Shown piece after piece: positions 49,050 through 59,893 of a stretch of DNA of 64,000 nucleotides (within the stretch, counting starts at the first letter, position 1; every line of letters starts with the position of its first letter). The notes under the pieces were generated by a model. The model was given only the letters and a program-made list of their open reading frames with translations, was not told where the DNA came from and ran no database searches. The stretch lies in NCBI GenBank assembly GCA_030390025.1, contig JASTWF010000335.1, positions 62,001 to 126,000 on the forward strand, in the 5' to 3' direction. A program made the translations under genes and the position numbers. The stretch comes from Squalus acanthias. Lineage: Eukaryota.

Positions 49050-50175
49050 TCACTGTCGGAGGGGCAGTACTGAGGGAGCGCTGCACTGTCGGAGGGACAG
49101 TACTGAGGGAGCACCGCACTGTCAGAGGGGCAGTACTGAGGGAGCACCGCACTGTCGGAGGGGCAGTACTGAGGGAGCGCTGCACTGTGGGAGGGGCAGT
49201 ACTGAGGGAGCGCTGCACTGTGGGAGGGGCAGTACTGAGGGAGCGCTGCACTGTCGGAGGGGCAGTACTGAGGGAGCGCTGCACTGTGGGAGGGGCAGTA
49301 CTGAGGGAGCGCTGCACTGTGGGAGGGGCAGTACTGAGGGAGCGCTGCACTGTCGGAGGGGCAGTACTGAGGGAGCGCTGCACTGTCGGAGGGGCAGTAC
49401 TGAGGGAGCGCTGCACTGTGGGAGGGGCAGTACTGAGGGAGCGCTGCACTGTCGGGGGGGCAGTACTGAGGGAGCGCTGCACTGTCGGAGGGGCAGTACT
49501 GAGGGAGCGCTGCACTGTCGGAGGGGCAGTACTGAGGGAGCGCTGCACTGTCAGAGGGGCAGTACTGAGGGAGTGCTGCACTGTCGGAGGGGCAGTACTG
49601 AGGGAGCGCTGCACTGTCGGAGGGGCAGTACTGAGGGAGCGCTGCACTGTCAGAGGGGCAGTACTGAGGGAGCTCTGCACTGTTGGAGGGACAGTACTGA
49701 GGGAGCGCTGCACTGTCGGAGGGACAGTACTGAGGGAGCACTGCACTGTCGGAGGGTCAGTACTGAGGGAGCGTCGCACTGTCGGGGGGGCAGTACTGAG
49801 GGAGCTCTGCACTGTCGGGGGGGCAGTACTGAGGGAGCTCTGCACTGTCGGAGGGGCAGTACTGAGGGAGCTCTGCACTGTCGGAGGGACAGTACTGAGG
49901 GAGCGTCGCACTGTCGGAGGGGCAGTACTGAGGGAGCGCTGCACTGTCGGAGGGGCAGTACTGAGGGAGCGCTGCACTGTCGGAGGGTCAGTACTGAGGG
50001 AGCGCTGCACTGTCGGAGGGGCAGTACTGAGGGAGCGCTGCACTGTCGGAGGGGCAGTACTGAGGGAGCGCTGCACTGTCGGAGGGGCAGTACTGAGGGA
50101 GCACTGCACTGTCGGATGGACAGTACTGAGGGAGCTCTGCACTGTTGGAGGGACAGTACTGAGGGAGTGTCGCAC
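49050..50175. repeat. 33 bp SINE-derived minisatellite (inverted paralog of 10535-11000, longer)
   Basis: Tandem units with the same flanks as the left copy. Confidence 0.95.
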
Positions 50176-50602
50176 TGGAACAGCTTGGCTCGGGGAGCCT
50201 GCCTGTGACAATGAATGGATCAAATTACACATTGCAGAGACCTTCAATGACTCTCCAGCAGGCAGGATCAAATTACCCGTTCCAGACAAATCGTTCAGTG
50301 CGTCTTGTCCTCCAAGGGGACCAATCAGAAATCTGGTCCAACTCACTGGTGCTGCAAATAAACGTAGCCTTCATCGGCTGTAAAGCTCTTTGGGACATGC
50401 TCAGGACATGAAAGGCAATATGCAAGTACAAATTCTTCTTTCTTTCACGTTCAATCTCCAATTTCTTGATCCGTGTCTCGTTCTCTCTCTTGCTCTTTCT
50501 TTTTCGCCGGCTGCCCCGCCCCCCTCCTTTCAATTTGTTTTACAATTCCTCCCCCCGCACCCCCCGCCGCCAACAAACACCTCCCGCGGGGCAAGTGCTT
50601 AC

Positions 50603-50722
50603 CGTCTTGATCAGCGTCATAGACCGCAGGGACTTCCGGGCGTAAGTGGCGAGCACGATGGAGATGGTGAGGGACAACAGGAGCAAGATCAGCTTGAATA
50701 TGGCCAGGATATAATCCAGATC
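50603..50722 (-). CDS. MS4A-like gene B, TM4 exon: DLDYILAIFKLILLLLSLTISIVLATYARKSLRSMTLIKT
   Basis: Inverted duplicate of 9990-10109 with intact AG/GT sites and 4 substitutions. Confidence 0.7.
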
Positions 50723-50869
50723 CTGCCGTGAAAGAAGACCGAAGGAACACCAATTTACTGGGTCTGAAACCACACCACGCTCCCTCGCAAAAAGGCTCTT
50801 TGAAAGTTAGTTCCACATTCACCCTCCGATCCCAGCTTTTCCACCTCCATAACCCTGCAAATTCATCTT

Positions 50870-51935
50870 CTCCAGGGATGAGGGACTTCAGTTACGTGGA
50901 GAGGTTGGAGAAGCTGGGATTGTTCTCCTTAGAGCAGAGAAGGTTAAGGGGAGATTGACCAGAATGGTACCAGGGGATGAGAGACTTCAGTTACGTGGAG
51001 AGACTGGAGAAGCTGGGATTGTTCTCCTTAGAGCAGAGAAGGTTAAGGGGAGATTGACCAGAATGGTACCAGGGATGAGGGACTTCAGTTATGTGGAGAG
51101 ACTGGAGAAGCTGGGATTGTTCTCCTTAGAGCAGAGAAGGTTAAGGGGAGATTTGATCGAGGTGTTCAAAATCATGAAGGGTTTTGATGAAGTAAATAAG
51201 GAGCAACTGTTTCCGGTGGCAGGAGGGTCGGTAACCAGAGGACACGGATTGAAGATAATCGGCAAAAGAACCAGAGGGGACATGAGGAGAAATGTTTTCA
51301 CACAGCGTGTTATGATGATCTGGAATGCACTGCGGAAGCAGATTCAATAGTAACTTTCCAAAGTGAATTGGATAAATACCTGAAGGGGAAATTTGCAGGG
51401 CTATGGGGAAAGATCAGGGTGGAGTGGGACTAAATGGAGAGCTCTTTCAAAGAGCCGGCACAGGCACGATGGGCCGAATGGCCTCCTTCTGTGCTGTATC
51501 ATTCTATGATTCTATCATACATGTCCAATTACCTCTCGGACATCTTTTGCTTCCACCTTTTCAGGTAGTGCGCTCGAGATCTTAACAACCCTCTGTGTGA
51601 AGAAATGTCTCCTCATCTCCCCTCTCGTTCCCTCACCCTATTGCTGTATCTTCTACCTCAACTCCACTTTCTCGCCCGATCCCCATATCCCTCGTTTCCC
51701 TTAGTATCCAAAAATCTATCGATCTCAGTCTTGAATATACTCAACGACTGAGCCTCCACAGCCCTCTGGGCTAGAGAATTCCAAAGATTCACAACCCTCT
51801 AAGTGAAGAAATTCCTCCTCATCTCGGTCTTAAATGGCCGAGCCCTTATCCCGAGACTGTGACCCCGAGTTCTAGACTCACCAGCCTGGGGAAACATCTG
51901 CCCAGCATCTACCCTGTCAATCCCCCTCAGAACCA
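50870..51935. mobile_element. CR1 3' fragments (+ 50870-51520 with an internal about 100 bp segment present three times; - 51650-51935)
   Basis: Reads MRDFSYVERLEKLGLFSLEQRRLRGD three times; paralog of 9290-9840. Confidence 0.85.
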
Positions 51936-51989
51936 TAAAGATTATCTTATCCTATGACTGCCCTAGTCTCTATTACTATCCTAGTCTCT

Positions 51990-53496
51990 CCCGATTACCT
52001 TCCCATCACTCTCTCCCGATCACTCTCCCGGTCGCTCTCTCCCGATCACTCTCCCGATCACTCTCCCGATCACTCTCCCGATCACTCTCCCAGTCGCTCT
52101 CTCCCGATCACTCTCCCAGTCACTCTCCCGATCACTCTCCCGATCACTCTCCCAGTCGCTCTCTCCGATCACTCTCCCAGTCGCTCTCTCCCGATCACTC
52201 TCCCAGTCGCTCTCTCCCGATCACTCTCCCGATCACTCTCCCAGTCGCTCTCTCCCGATCACTCTCCCGATCACTCTCCCGATCACTCTCCGGTTGCTCT
52301 CTCCCAGTCGCTCTCTCCCGATCACTCTCCCAGTCGCTCTCTCCCGATCACTCTCCCAGTCGCTCTCTCCCGATCACTCTCCCAGTCACTCTCCCGATCA
52401 CTCTCCCGATCACTCTCCCAGTCGCTCTCTCCCGATCACTCTCCCAGTCGCTCTCTCCCGATCACTCTCCCAGTCGCTCTCTCCCGATCACTCTCGATCA
52501 CTCTCCCAGTCGCTCTCTCCCGATCACTCTCCGATCACTCTCCCGATCACTCTCCCGATCACTCTCCCGGTCGCTCTCTCCCAGTCGCTCTCTCCCGATC
52601 ACTCTCCCAGTCGCTCTCTCCCGATCACTCTCCCAGTCGCTCTCTCCCGATCACTCTCCCAGTCGCTCTCTCCGATCACTCTCCCAGTCGCTCTCTCCCG
52701 ATCACTCTCCCGATCACTCTCTCGATCACTCACCCGATCACTCTCCCAGTCGCTCTCTCCCGATCACTCTCCAGTCGCTCTCTCCCGATCACTCTCCCAG
52801 TCGCTCTCTCCCGATCACTCTCCGATCACTCTCCCGATCGCTCTCCCAGTCGCTCTCCCAGTCGCTCTCTCCCGATCACTCTCCCGATCACTCTCCCGAT
52901 CACTCTCCCAGTCGCTCTCTCCCGATCACTCTCCCAGTCGCTCTCTCCCGATCACTCTCCCGATCACTCTCCCGATCGCTCTCCCGATCGCTCTCCCAGT
53001 CGCTCTCTCCGATCACTCTCCCGATCACTCTCCCAGTCACTCTCTCCCGATCACTCTCCCAGTCGCTCTCTCCCGATCACTCTCACAGTTTCTCTCTCCC
53101 GATGACTCTCCCGATGACTCTCCCGATCACTCTCTCCCGATCACTCTCTCCGATCACTCTCCCGATCACTCTCCCGATCACTCTCCCGATCACTCTCTCC
53201 CATCACTCTCCCAGTCGCTCTCTCCCGATCACTCTCCCAGTCGCTCTCTCCCGATCACTCTCCCAGTCGCTCTCTCGCAGTCGCTCTCTCCCGATCACTC
53301 TCCCAGTCGCTCTCTCCGATCACTCTCCCAGTCGCTCTCTCCCGATCACTCTCTCCCGATCACTCTCCCGATCACTCTCTCCCGATCACTCTCTCCCAGT
53401 CACTCTCTCCCGATCACTCTCTCCCGATCACTCTCTCCCGATCACACTCTCCCGATCACTCTCTCCCGATCACACTCTCCCGATCACTCTCTCCCG
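51990..53496. repeat. 12-14 bp minisatellite (GATCACTCTCCC)n, inverted paralog of 7800-9290, running into the gap
   Basis: Tandem units visible. Confidence 0.95.
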
Positions 53497-53696
53497 NNNN
53501 NNNNNNNNNNNNNNNNNNNNNNNNNNNNNNNNNNNNNNNNNNNNNNNNNNNNNNNNNNNNNNNNNNNNNNNNNNNNNNNNNNNNNNNNNNNNNNNNNNNN
53601 NNNNNNNNNNNNNNNNNNNNNNNNNNNNNNNNNNNNNNNNNNNNNNNNNNNNNNNNNNNNNNNNNNNNNNNNNNNNNNNNNNNNNNNNNNNNNNNN
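53497..53696. other. Assembly gap (200 N)
   Basis: Run of n bases. Confidence 1.
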
Positions 53697-54730
53697 ATGT
53701 GTTCAATTCTGGGCACCACACTTTAGGAAGGATGTCAAGTCCTTGGAGAGGGTGCAGACGAGATTTACCAGAATGGTACCAGAGATGAGGGATTTGTGTT
53801 AATGTGGAGAGACTTGGAGAAGCTGGGATTGTTCTTCTTGGAGCAGAGAAGGTTAAGGGGAGATTTAATAGAGGTGTTCAAAATTACGAGGGGCTTTGAT
53901 AGAGTAAATAAAGAGAAACTGTTATCACTGGCAGAAGGGCATAGAGGACACAGATTTAAGGTGATTGGCAAAAGAACCAGAGGAAACAATGTTTTACACA
54001 GCGCATTGTGATCTGGAACGCACTGCCTGAATGGGTGGTGGAAGCAGATTCAATAGTAACATTTAAAAAGGGAATTGGATAAACACTTGAAGGAAAAACT
54101 TTACAGGGCTATGGGGAACATACATAAGAAATAGGAGCAGGAGTAGGCCCTACGGCCCTTCGAGCCTGCTCCACCATTCAGTAAGATCATGGCTGATCAT
54201 CCAAACTCAGTACCCTGTACCTGCCTTCTCCCCATATCCCTTGATACTTTTAGCTTTAAGAAATATATCTAACTCATTCTTGAATATATTTAATGACTTG
54301 GCCTCAACTACCTTCTGTGGTAGAGTATAGAAGAATGAGAGGGGATCTCATCGAAACATATAAAATTCTGACAGGTCTGGACAAACTAGATGCAGGAAGA
54401 ATGTTCCCGATGGCGGGGGAGTCCAGAACCAGGGGTCACAGTCTAAGGATAAGGGGTAAACCATTTAGGACAGAAATGAGGAAGAATTTCTTCACCCAGA
54501 GAGTGGTGAACCTGTGGAATTCTCTACCACAGAAGGTAGTTGAGGCCAAGTCATTAAATATATTCAAGATGAGTTAGATATATTTCTTAAAGCTAAAGGT
54601 ATCAAGGGATATGGGGAGAAGGCAGGGACAGGGTACTGAGTTTGGATGATCAGCCATGATCTCATCGAATGGCGGAGCAGGCTCGAGGGGTCGAATGGCC
54701 TACTCCCTGCTCCTATCTTCTATGTTTCTA
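53697..54730. mobile_element. Cluster of CR1 3' fragments (+ 53697-54120, - 54122-54323, + 54324-54730)
   Basis: CR1 C-terminal peptide and 3' UTR motifs in both orientations. Confidence 0.85.
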
Positions 54731-55336
54731 GGCGATTCTCTGGCTACGATTAGATAGAAAAGAATGGAACCAGGCGAGTGCAGTCCCACCCAGTTGGGCG
54801 ACGGTGCTAATATATTACCCCCAATCCCAAGAGCAGAGGAGTGGGATTAATTGAATAGCTCGACCAACAAACCAGCACAAGCACGATGGCTGCCTTCTGT
54901 GCTGTTGCACGCGGTAATTCTAATACGTACTGTCCCGAGCTCCCCATTCTGTAACAATTGTCCTTCCGACATGCGTGGCTCTATCCATTTTCCAATCTCT
55001 CTGGGACCTGCAGCTTGTGAGTTTACCCAGGTTCTGCTCTCTGGGCTTTCTAAACTGCTTCCTCTTCTGGAACCTTACCACCTTCTGCGGCGTTGGCCCG
55101 TGCCTGCTATCTGTTTGCCAATAAAGTCTGCTTGCACCTTCTCCCAGTGTCCCCTCATATTGGGACATATGCTTTAGATAAAAATGTATTTCTCGCTAAC
55201 AATGCGTTCCTTGGTTTTTTTTGTTCTTCCCAGGAGATTGTGATTTCCTTTGCACATAGATACCTTCGTGTGTGTGGTTAGTTTTCCAGAAAATTCAAGG
55301 TTGCTTCAAGGTCAAGGTCAATCCTCTGAACGAAAA

Positions 55337-55567
55337 ATGCCTGAGACCACCAACAAGCTTACGATCTCTTCAGATGTGAGCATTGTGGAACATCCATCCT
55401 CATTGACAGTACCCAAGGATAAGCCTCCGAACCGTGTGTCTAAGACCCGTATGACTACGATTAGTAATATACATCATCGGCACATGTCGTGGATCAGTTT
55501 TGCTCGGTATTCCCATGCCAATTTAACCTTCATGGAACGATTACATATGGAACTAAGAGATTTGGGT
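55337..55567 (+). CDS. MS4A-like gene C, probable first coding exon (77 aa, MPETT...ELRDLG)
   Basis: Unique open sequence ending E..DLG then GTaagc, matching the MS4A E.K.LG exon end. Phase 0 into the 56841 exon. The start codon is uncertain. Confidence 0.6.
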
Positions 55568-55634
55568 GTAAGCATCAATTTCTTTCCGCCTTTGTTTTCT
55601 TCCCAAACGTATGTCGTCAAGAAACTACTCCGAA

Positions 55635-56705
55635 TGATACTGAGGGAGGGCAGCGCTGTCGGAGGGGGCAGTACTGAGGGAGCGCTGCACTGTCAGAGGG
55701 GCAGTACTGAGGGAGCGCTGCACTGTCGGAGGGGCAGTACTGATGGAGCGCTGCACTGTCAGAGTGGGCAGTACTGAGGGAGCGCTGCACTGTCAGAGGG
55801 GCAGTACTGAGGGAGCGCTGCACTGTCAGAGGGGCAGTACTGAGGGAGCGCTGCACTGTCAGAGGGGCAGTACTGAGGGAGTGCTGCACTGTCGGAGGGG
55901 GCAGTACTGAGGGAGCGCCGCACTGTTGGAGGGGCAGTACTGATGGAGCGCTGCACTGTCAGAGGGGCAGTACTGAGGGAGCGCTGCACTGTCGGAGGGT
56001 CAGTACTGAGGGAGCGCTGCACTGTGGGGGTGGCAGTACTGAGGGAACGCTGCACTGTCGGAGGGGCAGTACTGAGGGAGGGCTGCACTGTCGGAGGGGT
56101 AGTACTGAGCGCTGCACTGTCAGAGGGGCAGTACTGATGGAGCGCTGCACTGTCAGAGGGGCAGTACTGAGGGAGCGCTGCACTGTCGGAAGGGCAGTAC
56201 TGAGGGAGTGCTGCACTGTCGGAGGGGCAGTACTGAGGGAGTGCTGCACTGTCGGAGGGTCAGTACTGAGGGAGCGCTGCACTGTGGGGGTGGCAGTACT
56301 GAGGGAACGCTGCACTGTCGGAGGGGCAGTACTGAGGGAGGGCTGCACTGTCGGAGGGGCAGTACTGAGGGAGTGCTGCACCCTCGGAGGGGGCAGTACT
56401 GAGGGAGCGCTGCACTGTCAGAGGGGCAGTACTGATGGAGCGCTGCACTGTCGGAGGGTCAGTACTAAGAGCGCGCACTGTCGGAGGGGCAGTACTGAGG
56501 GAGGTGCGGCACTGGTACTGATGGAGCGCTGCACTGTCGGAGGGACAGTACTGAGGGAGCGCTGCACTGTCAGAGGGACAGTACTGAGGGAGCGCTGCAC
56601 TGTCGGAGGGACAGTACTGAGGGAGCACTGCACTGTCGGAGGGGCAGTACTGAGGGAGCACTGCACTGTCGGAGGGGCAGTACTGAGGGAGCGCCACACC
56701 GTCGG
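55635..56705. repeat. 33 bp SINE-derived minisatellite in an intron of gene C
   Basis: Tandem units visible. Confidence 0.95.
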
Positions 56706-56840
56706 AGAGGTACCTGTCCACTAGCTTTTAGTGATTATTAGTCATTTAGTGATATCAGTCTTAGACTCTTGAGATTCTCTATTTAGAATCTTGGCTAACT
56801 CTGGTCTATGTATTTCTGTGCAAACTCCCCCCAACTGTAG

Positions 56841-56954
56841 GCCATCGAGATCATCATCGCAATGATTGAGATGGTGTTTGGCATTCCACTTATCTTCGCA
56901 GAGAGCTATGCCTATCCGGCAATTATTGGAGCCCCATGGTTCACAGGAATTTGG
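56841..56954 (+). CDS. MS4A-like gene C, TM1 exon: AIEIIIAMIEMVFGIPLIFAESYAYPAIIGAPWFTGIW
   Basis: Acceptor ctgtAG and donor GTtagt; 114 bp; matches the MS4A pattern AIQI.IG....G ... G.PFW.G. Confidence 0.8.
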
Positions 56955-57379
56955 GTTAGTTCATTCATTTAGAAATTACAAATAAAACTTCAACTCAAAC
57001 AAAATGAACATAAGAACTTAAGAAATAGGAGCAGGAGTCGGCCATTTGGCCCCTCGGGCCTGCTCCGCCATTCGATAAGATCATGGCTGATCTGATCTTG
57101 GCCTCAACTCCACTTCCCTGCCCGCTGCCCATAACCCTTAGCTCCCCTGTAGCTCAAATATCTGTCTATCTCCGCCTTGAATATATTCAATGACTCCGTC
57201 TCCACAGCTCTCTGGGGAAGAGAATTCCGCAGATTCACGACCCTCTGAGTCAAGAAAATCTTCTTCATCTCCATTTTAAATGGGCGACACCTTATTCTGA
57301 AACTATGCCCCCTAGTTCTGGATTCCCCCACGAGGGGAAACATCCTCCCTGTATCTACCCTGTCAAGCCCCCTCAGAAT

Positions 57380-57747
57380 GGCAGCTGTCCTTCATTCTGC
57401 CAGCGCAATTCACACTTCATCTAGAGCCAGCCTTTGTTCCTCAACCTGTCCCATTTCCACCTCCTCTTGCCTTGAATATCTCTCAATGTCTCTTAATGTC
57501 TCCTGCTTTCTATCCTATCACTGACCTTCCCTTTTGTTCTTTCATCCCCTCCCCCTTTTCCCAGCCCCTAAACTTACTTTAAAATCTATTTCATTTCCTG
57601 CTTTTTTCCAGTTCTGACGAAAGGTCTTCGACCTGAAACATTAACTCTGTTTCTCTCTCCACGGATGCTGCCTGGCCTGCTGAGTTTTTCCAGCGTTTTC
57701 TGTTGTTATTTCGGATTTCCAGCATCCGCAGTATTTTGCTATTGCAT
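57380..57747 (+). mobile_element. Penelope-like 3' end/pLTR with a hammerhead motif at 57610-57646
   Basis: AGTT-CTGACGA-aAGGTC TTC GACCT-GAAA-CATT-AACT; 11-bp TSD CCCCTCAGAAT at 57369-57379 and 57748-57758. Confidence 0.7.
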
Positions 57748-58271
57748 CCCCTCAGAATCTTATATGTTTCAATAAGTTCACTTCTCATTCTTCTAAACTC
57801 CAATGAATATAGGCCCAACCTGCTCAACCTTTCTTCATAAGACAACCCCTTCATCTCGGGAATCAACCTCGTGAACCTTCTCTGAACTGCCTCCAATGAA
57901 AGTATATCCCTTCCTTCAATAAGGAGACCAAAACTGTACGCAGTACTCCAGGTGTGGTCTCACCAATACCCTATACAGTTGTAGCAGGACTTCCCTGCTT
58001 TTATACTCCATCCCCCTTGCAATAAAGGCCAACATTCCATTTGCCTTCCTAATTACTTGCTGTACCTGCATACTAACTTTTTGTGTTTCATGTACGAGGA
58101 CCCCCAGATCCTTCTGTACTGCAGCATTTTGCAGTGTCTCCATTTAAACAATAATTTGCTTTTTTATTCTTTCTACTAAAGTGGATAACCTCACATTTTC
58201 CCACATTATACTCCAGCTGCCAGATTTTTGCCCACTCACTTAACCTATCGATATCCCTTTGCAGACTCTTT

Positions 58272-59001
58272 GGGCTGGATTTTGATACTGGGGCGGGTTG
58301 GGGTCGTGTTATCCACCCGACTGCAATTGGATGTGGGAGATTGATGCAATTTTCACCTAATTGGGCAATTGAGTTCCAGCATGTGGGAACCCATGAACCA
58401 ATTAGTGGTTTCAGTCTGAAAGTCGCCTCTGATGATGTCATCATTGTTGGTGCATTGCAGGTCAGAGACTGCCTGGTCTCAGAGACTGCCTGGCCTTTGC
58501 TGTGAGAGGACCTGGATGCAAAATGAGCAGCGTCTCAGAGAGAGAGAGAGAATGAATTTTTTTTTCCATCCAGATCCTCCAAAGGCCCTGGCAGTCTCTG
58601 AAGACATTCAATGCAGCAGCATCAGAGGTGACTTTCAGACCTAATACTACTACTACCTTCATCACATCTCCGTTGTAATAGTGGACCTGCAGCTGATAGT
58701 CAGCTATCCACTTGTGCTCCCGCCAGGTTTCACTGGCGTGTTTCACATCAGGCGTGCTTCACGTCGGAAAAGGGTTAAACTAGCTAAAACATTTCAAAAT
58801 GGCATTACAGAGCCAATTTAGGGCTTGTTAAGGGCTTTAATGGCCTCTCCCACCTCTTGGAGGTGGGACGGAGTCTGGAACACCGCGACCGATTTTATCA
58901 AAATTGCGTGGAGGCGAGATGGGATGGGACCCCCGAATCTGCAACTTTAACCCCTCACACGCCTCCAAACCCGACTCCATGGGTCATTGAAAATCCAGCC
59001 C
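58272..59001. mobile_element. MITE, same family as 20712-21438
   Basis: Same TIRs and internal sequence; TTT TSD in the host CR1. Confidence 0.88.
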
Positions 59002-59175
59002 TTTGTGTCCTCCTCACAACTTGCTTTCCCACCTATCTTTGTATCATCAGCAAATTTGGCTACAGTACACACGGTCCCTTCATCCAAGTCATTAATATAG
59101 ATTGTAAATAGTTGAAAGCCCCAGCACTGATCCGTGCGGCACCCCACTAGTTACAGTTTGCCAACCGGAAAATGA

Positions 59176-59893
59176 CAAGTAATGGTGACCATAAAACTAC
59201 CGGATTGTCATAAAAATCCATCTGGTTCACTAATGTCCTTTGGAGAAGGAAATCTGCCGTCCTTACCTGGTCAGGCCGATATGACTCCAGACCCACAGCA
59301 ATGTGATTGATTCTTAACTATCCTCTGAAATGGCCTAGCAAGTCACTCAGTTGTAACAAACCGCTACGAAACATAATAAGAATGAAACCGGACGGAACAC
59401 CCGGCATCGACCTCGGCACCGGCTACGGACATGGCAACGGCACACCCAGCCCAGTCGACCCTGCAAAGTCCTGCTCACCAACATCTGGGGACTTGTGCCA
59501 AAATTGGGAGAGCTGTCCCACAGACTAGACAAGCAACAGCCTGACATAGTCATACTCTCAGAATCATACCTTTCAGCCAATGTCCCAAACTCCTCCATCA
59601 CCATCCTTGGGTATGTCCTGTCCCACCATCAGGACAGACCCACCAGGGGTGGCGGCACAGTGGTATACAGTCGGGAAGGAGTGGTCCTGGGAGTCCTCAA
59701 CATTGACTCCAGACCCCATGAATCTCATGGCTTCAGGTCAAGCATGGGCAAGGAAACCTCCTGCTGATTACCACCTACCGCCCTCCCTCAGCTGATGAAT
59801 CAGTACTCCTCCATGTTGAACACCACTTGGAAGAAGCACTGAGAGTAGCAAGGTCACAGAATGTACTCTGGATGGGGGACCTCAATGTCCATC
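59176..59893 (+). mobile_element. 5' fragment of a different LINE family, APE endonuclease
   Basis: Reads NIWGLVPKLGEL..PDIVILSESYL..DRPTRGGG..TTYRPPS..WMGDLN. Confidence 0.75.

Larger units (their letters stand above)
57005..59175 (-). mobile_element. CR1 fragment carrying nested Penelope-end and MITE insertions
   Basis: Collinear CR1 pieces at 57005-57379, 57748-58271 and 59002-59175. Confidence 0.88.
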
